Positions 51,410 to 63,837 of a stretch of DNA of 64,000 nucleotides are shown here, piece after piece (the first letter of the stretch is position 1; each line of letters begins with the position of its first letter). Under the pieces are notes generated by a model, which saw nothing but the letters and a program-made list of their open reading frames with translations, was not told where the DNA came from and did not search any database. Source of the DNA: Octopus sinensis (lineage: Eukaryota); the NCBI RefSeq assembly GCF_006345805.1, contig NC_042998.1, positions 6,696,001 through 6,760,000 on the forward strand, read 5' to 3'. The translations under genes and the position numbers were made by a program.

Positions 51410-51815
51410 ATGTCCTTGGTTCGGGGCGCGCAAGGCTGAAAGTTAATCGATTGTAATATTTACAATATTCAGCCGCTAAAACCAGAACGGGTTCAAGATG
51501 GCGTTGAACAGGGAAGTTGAATGTGGTCGGCAACAATTTGGTTAAAAGCTTTCGGCCGACTGCTATCAAAGCTGGACAGCGAGAATACACGTCCGTCTCC
51601 TTCGGTCGCAGCTGTCCCAAGTCGCCGCTGCTGCTGGACGCTGGTGGTCAACGTCTTACGACCCCCTTGCCTCGGCTAACTGCTACGTAGGCACAAGGGT
51701 TCTCCTTCCGGTGCTTCGCGCATGCGCGAGAGGGCTCTTCCTCTCTCTGCCTTGGTAAAGGCACCAACACGCGCGAAATACAAATGGACGGTGCGCGAGC
51801 GCGCGCCGTTGTATA
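51410..51815. promoter_or_regulatory. CpG-rich promoter-like island
   Basis: Only strongly CpG-dense non-repeat stretch in the window; NRF1-type palindrome tcgcgcatgcgcga 51716-51729, ETS cttccgg 51705-51711, YY1-like caagatggcg 51494-51503. Confidence 0.65.
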
Positions 51816-53005
51816 GGATCACTACAAATTCTTTTGGGTCTGAATAATTCACTTCTGGAAACATGGGTGTTTTGTTCAACATCCTTAAACAATCCTTATT
51901 CAGGGACCTTTTGAGCAGTATGGGTTACTCAACCAGAAGAAAATTCTAACTGGGCTCCACCTGCAAGGTCATGTGCTGTTTATCTTGATATGAGATCACC
52001 ATGTTGCGCACATATGATTGTGATGCATGTGCTTAGTGTACCCTTATCAGACGGGTAGTCATGATGGATATACTGGGCTTTGTATATTTTACCCCAGTGT
52101 CACTTTGATGGCATACATTGCTCTCTCACTTAATAATAATAATAATAAAAATGGCTTCCAATTTTGGCTCAAGGCGACCAATCTTAAGGGAAGTAAGTTG
52201 ATGACATTGACCCTAGTGTTCAGCAGGTACCTATTTTACCAACCCCAAAATAATGAGAAGCAATGTTGATTTCAACGGAATTTGAACCGAAAACATAAAG
52301 TACCAGAAGAAATGGTGCTAACAATAATGTTGATTTCTTAGACACATAAAAGATCAGAATTTGAGGGAGTTGATTGCATTTACTCCATCACATAACTGGT
52401 ATTTTATTCTGTCAGTTCCAGAAAGAAAGACAAAATCAATTCTGGCATGGTTTGAACTCAGAGCATTAAGACTCAAAACAAATACCACAAAACGTTTTGA
52501 ATGACTCTCCAATAATTCTGCAAGTTTACCATTTTACAAACTGATACCTTAATTATTTTGCTAATTTAACAACAATAAAAGTCTATAAATGTCAATTCAT
52601 TGATTAATTATGTGTGTTAAAGAATGGTCGATATTTTCCAATGAAATGCAAGCTTCATATTGATTTGCTGTTTCTACTTGTTACATTTTCTTAAAGTCAA
52701 TTCAGTTTGTTCTATATAATTCTCTGTACTTCCCAAACATCTTATGTAAATGACATTTCCTGGTGCATATTCTTTGATTCTCTTACATGTTTCAATCATT
52801 TGATTGGGGTCATGCTGGAGCACCGCCTTAAAGGGTTTTAGTTGAAGAAATCAACCCCAAGACTTATTCTTTGTAAGCCTAGTACTCTTTCTATCAGTCG
52901 CTTTTGCCAAACCATTAAGTTACGGGTATGTAAATACACCAGCATCAGTAATCAAGTGGTGGTGGATAAACACAGATACACACACATAAATATATACATA
53001 CATAC

Positions 53006-53038
<33 letters not shown>

Positions 53039-53106
53039 ACCGCATGTGTACTGTTGGCGATTTTTTTTCCTCCGTCTTCCCTTCTTTGGATCTTTCCTTT
53101 TCCTAT

Positions 53107-53141
53107 GTTTCTGACGAAGGGCTCCACTCGAAACATTACAC
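53107..53141 (+). ncRNA. Degenerate minimal hammerhead motif
   Basis: guuu-CUGACGA-agggcuccacuc-GAAA-cauu-acac, in an insert (~53038-53243) within a SINE A microsatellite. Confidence 0.45.
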
Positions 53142-53566
53142 CCTCCTTCATTCCTTCTTTCCTGAGTGTCCAATAATACTATATTTGTTCCACGTCCTCG
53201 CGTTGTTGTGTTTTCTCTTTGTGTTTTCATGTTTGGATTAACTATATATATATATATATATATTTGACAGGCTTCTTTCAGTTTCTGTCAACTAAATCCA
53301 CTCACAAGGCTTTGGTCAGCCTGAGACTATAATAGAAGACACTTGTCCAAGATGCTACATAGTGGGACTGAACCCAGAACCATTTGGTTGGGAAGTAAGC
53401 TTCTTACCTCACAGCCATGCCAGCACCAAGCCATGGTAAAAATTATTCTTTAGTTGGAAGGATAGTCCTTGATTTAAAAATGAAATACTGTTCTATCGGA
53501 TAAATTAAAATGCAGCCCACAGTCATTGTTTATAATTTGGCATTGGTTAACATTCTTTTTTGTAGA

Positions 53567-53880
53567 GGCGCAATGGCCCAGTGGTTAGGGCAGTAAACTC
53601 GCAGTCAGAAGATCGCAGTTTCGATTCGCAGACCGTGCGTTGTGTGTGTTTATCGAGCGAAAACACCTAAAAGCTCCACAAGGCTCTGGCAGGGTGTGGT
53701 GGCGACCCCTATTGTACTCTTTTGCCCCAACTTCCTCTCACTCTCTCTTCCTGTTTCTTGAGTAACGCTGCGATGGACTGGCGTCCCATCCAGCTGGGGG
53801 GAACGCATACGCCACAGAAACCGGGAAACCGGGCCCATAAGCCTGGCTAGGCTTGAAAAGGGTGCATAAATAAAAAAAAA
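53567..53880 (+). mobile_element. tRNA-derived SINE family D
   Basis: ggcgcaatggcccagtggttagggc head, tail shared with family C; related copies at 46242-46528 and 55765-56041. Confidence 0.8.
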
Positions 53881-54855
53881 ATATTCTCTTTAATATTTTT
53901 GGTTTTCTTTCACTGTTTATAATGTGTTTGTAATGCCCAGTCCATCTTGGCATCTTATTCAGCATTGGTTCATTTTGAAAATATTCATAGCTTCATTGTT
54001 TCTAGGATTGAGTATCCCATCATTTCTTAGAAATGGTAGATAATGTCTAAAGCTCTGAGGTTGCATACTAAAGGTATTTATGTAGGACACAGTTATGCAC
54101 CACTTTTTGGCTTAAATAAAATAATGTTTGAAATAAATCTCAATTTGATTGTTGCTTTTCATTACAACTATATCTAAATTCACATAGTGAGGGGTTTCCC
54201 TTTGCTGTTTCAGATTTTCTTTTCTTGATAATGCTTAACATCAAATATAAAATAATTTCAATAATAATTTTTTCCTTGGAATTTGTATTTTTGTGGTACC
54301 AGTGCCGGTGGCACATAAGAAAACCATTCGAATGTGGCTGTAGCCAGTACCGCATCGACTGGCCTCCATGCTGTGGGCACGTAACAAACACCATCCGATC
54401 GTGGCCATTCGCCAGCCTCGTCTGGCACCTGTGTCGGTGGCACATAAAAAGCACCCACTACACTCACGGAGTGGTTGGCGTTAGGAAGGGCATCCAGCTG
54501 TAGAAACACTGCCAGATCAGACTGGGCCTGGTGCAGCCTTCTGGCTTCCCAAATCCCCGGTCAAACCGTCCAACCCATGCTAGCATGGAAAGCGGATGCT
54601 AAATGATGATGATGATGATGATGATTCTGGTAATTTACTTGCAAAACTCTTGCTAAAATTGTACTGCTTCTAGTCCATAACTGTGAAGGATGTTAATATA
54701 TAAACTGACTACATCAAAAGATGTGATAAATGTTTTGCAATGAGCATTTCCAGGTAATGCACTATATCCAGGTCATCTCTGTTTTCATTGAGATGTCTAA
54801 AAAAAGACTCAAATTATGAGTTTCAGTATTGGGTCAGCTAAAAAAAAAAATAAAT

Positions 54856-55330
54856 GCACCTTTTTAAAGCCTAGCCAGGCTCATGGGCCCTGTTTCTATG
54901 GCGTATGTGTCCTCCAGCTGGACAGGATGCCAGTCCATTGCAGTGTTACTCATTTTTGCCAGCTGAGTAGACTGGAGCAATGTGAAATGAAGTGTTTTGC
55001 TCAAGAACACAACTCGTCGCCCGGTCCAGGAATCAAAACCACAATCTTACGATCATGGTGCTGACACCCTAACCACTAAGCCACGTGCGCCCTTCTTAAA
55101 GCCTAGCCAGACTCATGGGCCTGGTTTCCTGGTTTCTATGGTGTATGTGTTCCCCAGCTGGATGGGACGCCAGTCCATCGTAGCGTTACTCATTTTTGGC
55201 AGCTGAGTGGACTGAAGCAACGTGAAATGAAGTGTTTTACTCAAGAACACAACCCGTCGCCCGATCCAGGAATTGAAATCACAATCTTATGATCATGGTG
55301 CTGACACCCTAACCACTAAGCCACACGCAT
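54856..55330 (-). mobile_element. Tandem dimer of SINE C
   Basis: Two ~235-bp head-to-tail copies. Confidence 0.8.
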
Positions 55331-56206
55331 CTACTTGGGTCAGGTAAAGTTGGTCTTAATTCAAATCATTTGGCAATAAAATATTAATTTGAATACTTTT
55401 AAATTCTTTGTATTCTTCCTTTTGCTGGATTTTGTGAATTTTTAGTAGTCATTGAAAAATTTAGATTTACATTCAAAATTTATTATGTAATCATGTTTTC
55501 ACTAATTGATCCCTTTTAGTAACAGCACAAAAAGTTTCCATCACTTTCAGTTGGTTGCAGTTTTAAAATTTTCACAGTAAAAATCTTGGCAGTGTGGTAA
55601 GAAGCTTACTTCTCAACCCTATGGTTCTCGGTTCAGTCCTACTGCATGGCAACTTAGGTGAGCGTCTTCCACTATAGCCTCACACTGACCAAAGCCTTGT
55701 GAGTGGATTTGGTGGATGGAAACTGAAAGAAGCCCTCTGTGTATATGTATATATATATATATATCACGTGACCGACCAGACCATCAGATGTTGTTACACA
55801 TCGCTGGTCACAATGCATTCGCATTGTTTTAGCGTTTGAATGACGCCACCCCACTGGCTAAGCGAGCAGGCCAACAGAAGAAAGAGTGGGTGAAAGAGTA
55901 CAGCAGGGATCACCACCACCCCCTGCCGGAGCGTCGTGGAGCTTTTAGGTGTTTTCGCTCAATAAACACTCACAACGCCCGGTCTGGGAATCGAAATCGC
56001 GATCCTACAACCGCGAGTCCACTGCCCTAACCATTGGGCCATATATATGTAAAGTATGGGGGTTTATTTCATAGGTGATCTAAACGATTAGGTACGCTAG
56101 GTAAGTACTGTAACAGATTACTAGGGCTCCAAGGTTATAGCTGAGATGGTTATGGAGCCATTACAGATTTCCGATGCAATGGATAAATTTTTGTTAAAAA
56201 GAGGAC

Positions 56207-56513
56207 GTGTCGGTGGCACGTAAAAAGCACCATCCGAATCGTGGCCGAAGCCAGTGCCGCCTCGACTGGCTTCCGTGCAGGTGGCACGTAAAATGCACCA
56301 ATCCGACCGTGGCCGATGCCAGCCTCGCCTGGCACGTAAAAAGCACCCACTACACTCACGGAGTGGTTGGCGTTAGGAAGGGCATCCAGCTGTAGAAACA
56401 TTGCCAGATAAGACCGGAGCCTAGTGCAGCCTTCTGGCTTCCCAGATCCCCAGTCGAACCGTCCAACCCATGCTAGCATGGAGAACGGACGTTAAACGAT
56501 GATGATGATGATG
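56207..56513 (+). mobile_element. Family E RTE-type 3' end
   Basis: Family match. Confidence 0.8.
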
Positions 56514-56634
56514 AGGACAACAAACGTTAAAGCAAGGCAAACACCTCAAGTCATATACAATAATAATATTGTTTACAACTTGAGATGTTTGCCATGCCTT
56601 AATGTTTGTTGTCCTCTAACAATTATATATTTTT

Positions 56635-57243
56635 GTATGTGTCTTTGTGTCTGTGTTTGTTCCCCCAGCATCACTTGACAACCGATGCTGGTGTGTTTAT
56701 GTCCTTGTAAGCTAGTGGTTCAGCAAAAGAGACTGATAGAATAAGTACTAGGTTTACAAAGAATAAGTCCTGGGGGTAAATTTCTTCGACTAAAAGGTGG
56801 TGCTCCAACATGGCCACAGTCAAATGACTTAAATCTCTCTCTTTCTCTCTCTCTTTTACTTGTTTCAGTCATTTGACTGCGGCCATGCTGGAGCACTGCC
56901 TTTAATCGAGCAACTCGACCCCCGGGACTAATTCTTTGTAAGCCTAGTATTTATTCTATCGGTCTCTTTTGCCGAACCGCTAAGTAACAGGGACATAAAC
57001 ACACCAGCATCGGTTGTCAAGCGATGTTGGATGGGACAAACACAGACATACATGCACACATATATGTATACATATATACGATGGGGTTCTTTCAGTTTCC
57101 GTCTACCAAATCCACACACAAAGCTTTGGTCGGCCCAAGGCTATAGTAGAAGACACTTGCCCAAGGTGCCATCCAGTGGGACTGAACCCGGAACCATGTG
57201 GTTGGTAAACAAGCTACTTACCACATAGCCACTTCTGTGCCTA
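56635..57243. mobile_element. Tail-to-tail inverted SINE A pair
   Basis: Plus-strand tail 56635-56832 faces minus-strand copy 56853-57243. Confidence 0.85.
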
Positions 57244-58023
57244 TGGGTAAAAGAATAAAAGAAAAAGAATAAATAAAGTACTGAGGTTGATTTATTCAAC
57301 TAAAACTTCTTCAAGGCAGTGCTCCAGCATGGCCACAGTCTAATGACTGAAACAAGGAAAAGATAAAAGATTAAACAAGATATTTCTAATACTTTGTATC
57401 CATTAATACAACAGCACCCCTTTCAACAACTTCTATAATTGGTTATTTCTTATCATTTTTCAATTCAATTACGTTCTCCCATTCAGTAGCTTTGTAATTT
57501 GACTTAATTCTTTACGTAAGATATTACATGAAATTTCAAAATGTGATTACAAAAATCATCAAGTGTTTTGTTCCTGTCTTTTGGTGAAGAATTCTTGCTT
57601 TTGTTTGTATGAAGTTATTCATCATCATTATCCTTACCAAATAATTCTTCTACAAACTAATTTTCTACTAAATTCTGAAATGCTATCTTTAATTTCATTA
57701 TAATTACATCTCAAAGGAGATAGAATGAATTTTAGTCCTTTAGCTAGTATATTGATTTGTTGTATTGTTAATGTTTTCTTCAATAAATATATTTTATTAC
57801 TTTTAGTTTCTCCATTTTATTTGGCTCTACTGAGTATCTATGTTCTTCATGACAGGGCCTAAAAAATAGTTACCATTATTTTTTGGTTAGACTTTGCAAT
57901 GCAATTTTATTATCACCTAACAATATTAAATATGTTTTTGGACTCTGTGTTTATAGGATGAATTTCAAGATAGAAACACCAACTTTTCTCCAACAAAGAG
58001 AAATAATCAAAGAAATAATGTTT

Positions 58024-58442
58024 AGGAGTGGCTGTGTGGTAAGTAGCTTGCTTACCAACCACATGATTCCGGGTTCAGTCCCACTGCATGGCATCTTGGG
58101 CAAGTGTCTTCTAGTATAGCCTCGGGCCGACCAATGCCTTGTGAGTGGATTTAGTAGATGGAAACTGTAAGAAGCCTGTCGTATATATGTATATATATAT
58201 ATGTATATGTATGTGTGTGTATATGTTTGTGTGTCTGTGTTTGTCCCCCCAACATCGCTTGACAACTGATGCTGTTCTGTTTACGTCCCCGTCACTTAGT
58301 GGTTCGGCAAAAGGGTCTGATAGAATAAGTACTGGGCTTACAAAGACTTAGTCTTGGGGTCGATTTGCTCGACTAAAGGTGGTGCTCCAGCATGGCCACA
58401 GTCAAATGACTGAAACAAGTAAAAGAGTACAAGTAAAAGAGT
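58024..58442 (+). mobile_element. SINE A
   Basis: Family match. Confidence 0.9.
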
Positions 58443-58639
58443 ACTAGCAGAAGCAAAACCACTATTGAAAGTTTTATCATGTGTATTTGCACAGAATCTA
58501 GAAAACAATGAAGCTTATTATATTTTTCAAAATGTATTGCTACTGAAAAGAGTCCCTAGTCAAATTGGGTTTTACTGATGCATATCATTATAATGAATAT
58601 AAGATAGCCCAAATCATTTACAAGTATATAACAACTGTC

Positions 58640-58828
58640 AAACAGTTAAAAAATATGAATGCTCCAACTATGGAATATGACTTAAATTATCCAAAGATCG
58701 GAATTCATTTTGGAATTAAAGAATATTTTTATTGTGCCTGTGTATCCAGATATTTCATTTATGTTGTAATGTGTTCAAAATGTGGAGAAAAATATACAGA
58801 GATAAACTGGAATTAACTTTAAAAAAAC
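58640..58828 (+). pseudogene. Penelope-like GIY-YIG N-terminal relic
   Basis: FYCACVSRYFIYVVMCSKCGEKYT resembles PLE C-S-NVIY---C--C---YIG-T; interrupted by SINE A at 58831-59243. Confidence 0.6.
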
Positions 58829-58830
58829 AA

Positions 58831-59243
58831 GGCGCAGGAGTGGCTGTGTGGTAAGTAGCTTGTTTACCAACCACATGGTTCCGGGTTCAGTCCCACTGCG
58901 TGGCACCTTGGGCAAGTCTCTTCTACTATAGCCTCGGGCCGACCAAAGCCTTGTGAGTGGATTTGGTAGACGGAAACTGAAAGAATCCCGTCGTATATAT
59001 GTAAATATATGTATATGTGTGTGTGTGCATGTATGTTTGTGTTTGTCCCCCTAGCATTGCTTGACAACCGATGCTGGTGTGTTTATGTCCCCGTCACTTA
59101 GCGGTTCGGCAAAAGAGACCGATAGAATAAGTACTGGGCTTACAAAGAATAAGTCCCGGGGCTGAGTTGCTCGATTAAAGGTGGTACTCCCGCATGACCG
59201 CAGTCAAATGACTAAAACAAGTAAAAGAGTAAAGAGTAAGAGT
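58831..59243 (+). mobile_element. SINE A
   Basis: Full-length family match. Confidence 0.9.
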
Positions 59244-59985
59244 AAGTGATATCCCATAGACAGTAAATTCAATTTCTCTGCTGCAATCTTGAATCGGGAT
59301 CAGAAATCATTCAAAATATGGAACCAAAACTTAGAATTAAGTGACGGCAAAGTAAACTCATCACATTAGCTTGTAGAAAGAAAACGGGTTCCTGATAAAA
59401 CCAAGGAAATTACCATACTCGTTAGGAAGAAAAGGAGGCAGTAGAAACTCCGTATGATGTACCAAATGTAAAGTGTGAATGCACGAAAGGTTCAGTAGGA
59501 TCATGAGCAAGGTCTGCAAAGATGGTACACTTTGGAAGTTACAGATGCATGGGATAAGTAAACACTAAGAGGGCACATAAAATATATTTCTCTCAAATGC
59601 TTAGGCAGTTCCCTAGATGTAGTTGATATGTTTTATTACTTAGATGGACAGATTAGTAGTGGAGGTGGATGCTCTGAAAGCAGAGTGGCAAGACTAAAGC
59701 TGATTAGAAAATAGATCTGACAGATATATATATGTATATATATTAATAAATAAAACATATGCATATATATACATATATGTACGTACCTACCTCTACATGT
59801 ATATATACACGCATATATGAGTACAGGACACCAAAAAAACGTCGAACACAATGAGAAATGAAAACATAGACACAAAACCCAAGGAACTGGACATTTTTCT
59901 TAAACAACGAAAAAATAGAGTACAGGACAAATAACACAAGAAAAAAACCCTTTCTTCAGTCGCCATGGTTTCATCTACTCTACGT

Positions 59986-60176
59986 AATGTAGCATAAAAT
60001 TTTTTTCGAAAAAAAATTTTATCAATGGCCAGCATATTAATAAATACCTTTAAAGGTTAAAATTATAAACAATTTATAAATAAAGGCAAAGGAAAAAATT
60101 TCTAATGCCAAATATGCCGAAAATCGGCATATTTGGCATTAGAAATATTTTCGTTTGCCCTTATTTATAAGTTGTA
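59986..60176. mobile_element. Fold-back end of the 5285-type element
   Basis: Homologous to 5288-5430; hairpin centred at ~60122 (atatgccga aaa tcggcatat). Confidence 0.7.
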
Positions 60177-60266
60177 TATATATATGTATATATATAAATT
60201 TCATTTCGTAATTAGATAAAAAAAAAACCAAGGTTGCATAGATTTTAGAACATTTATAGATAGGAG

Positions 60267-60314
60267 GTCTTACAGCTGTTTCCAGGATATTTATTATATC
60301 CCTTCATCGGAGAC
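60267..60314 (-). ncRNA. Type I hammerhead motif (core CCGAUGA)
   Basis: gucu-CCGAUGA-agggauau-aauaa-auauccug-GAAA-CAGCUG-UA-agac; element ~60197-60708 bounded by (TA)n. Confidence 0.7.
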
Positions 60315-61383
60315 GGTGTGAGAGGATGGTTAAGAAATAGTTGATTTAGATAAGATATGAAATAGAGATTGAGGTGGAGGAAATAAAAGAAAATACATGT
60401 GAGATATGTAGGGATATTGCATTTGTAGATCTATTTTGTTAGGCAAAATGGTATATATATAATATTCCAATACCTTATGAGTAAAATTCAATAGAATTTA
60501 AAGTAATCATTCCAAGTATAGAGTTTATATACAACTTTATTGAATCCAAGGTTGTGTTTAAAGTGAGCTAAAAATAGGGAGTGTATTAGTAGGGTCAAAT
60601 TGAAAACAGGAAGAGAGGAATGGAGAAAGAAAAAAAGAAGAGAAAAAAGAGAGAATAAGGAGAAGAAAGTAAGAAGAAAAATAATAAGATAACATATATA
60701 ACCTCCTGTATATATATATATATTATATATATATATATATAGACACTACGTCACCATAGCTTAACGCTTCAGCATAAGAGACACTAGCATTGGTTGCCAA
60801 ACACGCACACACAAACACACACACACACACACACATATATGCAATGGGTTTCTTTCAGTTTCTGTCTACCAAATCCACTCACGAGGTTTTGGTCGACCTG
60901 AGGCTTTGGCAGATAACACTTGCCCTAAGTGCCATGCAGTGGGACTGAACCTGGAACCATGTGGTTGGTAAGCAAGCTACTCAGTCACTTCTGCGCCTAC
61001 ATATATATATATATAAATCCTTTAAAATGTTTTACTTTGGATCGTGGCCATGCTGGGGCACCACCTTGTAAAATTTTAGTTGAATGAATCAACCTCATTA
61101 CTTATTTTTCTAAGCCTGGAACATTTTCTATCAGACTCTTTTGCTGAATGACTAAGTTCCAAGGAGGTAAACAAACCAACCATGGTTTCTAACGGTAGTG
61201 GGATACAGACACAAGGACACAAATGCACACACACACACATACACACACAGACTGTGTATATATACTGTGACACACTGGGCAAGTGTCTTCTACTATAGCC
61301 TCCAGCTGATCAATGCCTTGTGAGCAGAATTAGTTGATGGAAACAGAAAGAAGCCTGTTGTATGTGTGTGTGTATGTATGTAT

Positions 61384-61757
61384 AGGTGTAGGAGTGGCTG
61401 TGTGGTAAGTAGCTTGCTACCCAACCACATGGTTCCGGGTTCAGTCCCACTGTGTGGCACCTTGAGCAAGTGTCTTCTACTATAGCCTCGGGCCAACCAA
61501 AGCCTTGTGAGTGGATATGGTAGACGGAAACTGAAAGAAGCCCGTCGTATATGTATGTGTATATATGTTTGTCCCCCCAACATCGCTTGACAACCGATGC
61601 TAGTGTGTTTACATCCCCGTAACTTAGCGGTTCGGCAAAAAGAGACCAATAGAATAAGTACTGGGCTTACAAAGAATAAGTCCTGGGGTCGATTTGCTCA
61701 ATTAAAAAGGTGGTGCTACAACATGGCCACAGTCAAATGACTGAAACAAGTAAAGAG
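61384..61757 (+). mobile_element. SINE A
   Basis: Family match. Confidence 0.9.
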
Positions 61758-62918
61758 TATGTGTGTGTGCATGTCTCCCACCATCGCTTGACAAACGGTG
61801 TTGGTGTGATTACATCCCTTAACCTTGCAGTTCGGCAAAAGCGACTAATGGAATAAGTACCAGGCTTTAAAAAAATAATAAATCCTGGGGTTGATTTGTT
61901 CAGCTAAAACGCCTCAGGGCAGTGCTCCAGCATGGTGGTAGTCGAATGACTGAAGCAACTAAAAGATAAAAGATAACTTTCTTTACGTTTGTGTTCTTAT
62001 CTAGCTAGTTATTGATGTGTGTGCTTGTGCATACTTATAAATATACATACCTACACACATACATAGATATACATCACCTATCTATCTGTCTGTCTGTCTG
62101 TCTGTCTATCTATTTATCTGTCCGTCCGTCCGTCCGTCTGTCTATCTATCTTTCTTACTGTGGTCTTTTCATAAGCTTTCCTTTCCATGGATAAACCTAA
62201 TCTGGTTTTTTTTTTACATTTTTGCTCTTTTTTATGATACATGATCTCTTTTGATCGTTTTCTTTTTTTACAAACACTTTCCATGTTGCAATTGTTTATA
62301 TACATATGTATGTATATTTATGTGTGTATGTGTTTGTCCCCCTCCACTGCCACTTGACAGCTAATGCTAGTATGTTTATATCCCTGTAACTTAGTGGTTC
62401 AGCAAAATAGTTAGACAGAATAAGTACTAAGTGAACTAACAATGTCCTGGGGTTGATTTCTTCAACTAGAATCCTTCGAGGCAGTGCTCCAGTATGGCTG
62501 CAGACTAATGACTGAAATGAGTAAAAGAAAAAAAAGAATATATGCATAGGAGTGGCTGTGTGGTAAGTAGCTTGCTAACCAACCACATGGTTTCCGGGTT
62601 CAGTCCCACTGCGTGGCATCTTGGGCAAGTGTCTTCTGCTATAGCCCCGGGCTGACCAATGCTTTGTGAGTGGATTTGGTAGACGGAAACTGAAAGAAGC
62701 CTGTCGTATATATCTATATATATATATATAATAAATATTAGGGAATAAATCCAAATTTACAAGGAAAAATCAGATTTAAGATTGAATCCAATTTTATAGT
62801 AAAATATTATATTATAATAAATTAGAGACAAAACCACTATTATGCAAATCAAATAAAGAAAGACTTAAGCCAATACATAAAATAATTTATATAAATTAAA
62901 ATTTGTTAAATTTTAATC

Positions 62919-63768
62919 ATGGACTGGCAACTCAAGCTGGCTGTGGACAAATGTACCACCATGCATTTTGGGAGGAGAAACCCAGCGTCCACCTACTCCC
63001 TCCACAACACTAGTCTCAAAAAGTCTTCAAGTGAACGTGACCTGGGTGTTATTGTCGACAGTGATTTGCGTTGGACAAAACACATCGGCAAAATTGTCAA
63101 GAAGGCTGAGGGTGTCTTGGCATCACTCACCAAATCCTTTGTGAGCCTCTCTCCGGCTATCTATCTGCAGCTTTATATAGCTATGGTAAGACCTCACCTG
63201 GAATTTGCATCACCGGTCTGGAACCCCTATCTTTCCCAGGACATCAATCGTCTGGAAGCTGTTCAGCGACGTGCAACCAAAAGAATACCCTCCATCAGGC
63301 ATTTGCCATATCCTGAACGCCTTACTTCCCTGGGCATGGACACATTGAAACTCCGACGTCTGGCAGCTGACCTGGCAGACACCCATAAAATTATCAACTA
63401 TCGCACAAACAATAACACTGAGCACCTCTTCAAACTCCACCCATCTAACACCCGTGGACATATTTACAAAGTAAGAAAACAGCACAGCTCCCATGACTTC
63501 AGGAAACATTTTTTCATGCTGAGAGTTGCTGAAGCATGGAACAAACTGCCGGCATCGGTTGTTAGTTGTCGGAGCACTGCATCCTTCAAAACTTCCATGC
63601 TTCCTGAGATTCGCCAACACTACACTTGATTTTCTCCCCTCCATACACACACAAGCATGTTCACTTTCCAGACATTTCTACATTACTGCATGTACTTTAT
63701 ATGCACTTTCTGACGAGTTGTGGTGCACCTGAGCACTGTATACAATAATTTCATTATTATTATTATTA
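62919..63768 (+). mobile_element. 5'-truncated CR1-type LINE, open 236-aa 3' ORF fragment
   Basis: WQLKLAVDKC..ERDLGVIVDSDL..MVRPHLEFASPVWNP..WNKLP; (att)n tail; nested within SINE A (head 62545-62708, tail 63840-64000). Confidence 0.92.
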
Positions 63769-63800
63769 TAATAGTGGTTTTGTCTCTAATTTATTATATT

Positions 63801-63837
<37 letters not shown>

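Noticed and set aside
51540-51600. ggacgtgtattctc on the minus strand resembling an arthropod 7SK 5' end, or the pseudoknot as telomerase RNA
   Set aside because: No paired GAUC motifs, no matching 3' closing strand or terminator, and no CUAACCCU template
56075-56106. 26-nt micro-exon with AG|GTAAGT
   Set aside because: Splice signals only, not frame-preserving, and expected by chance in 64 kb
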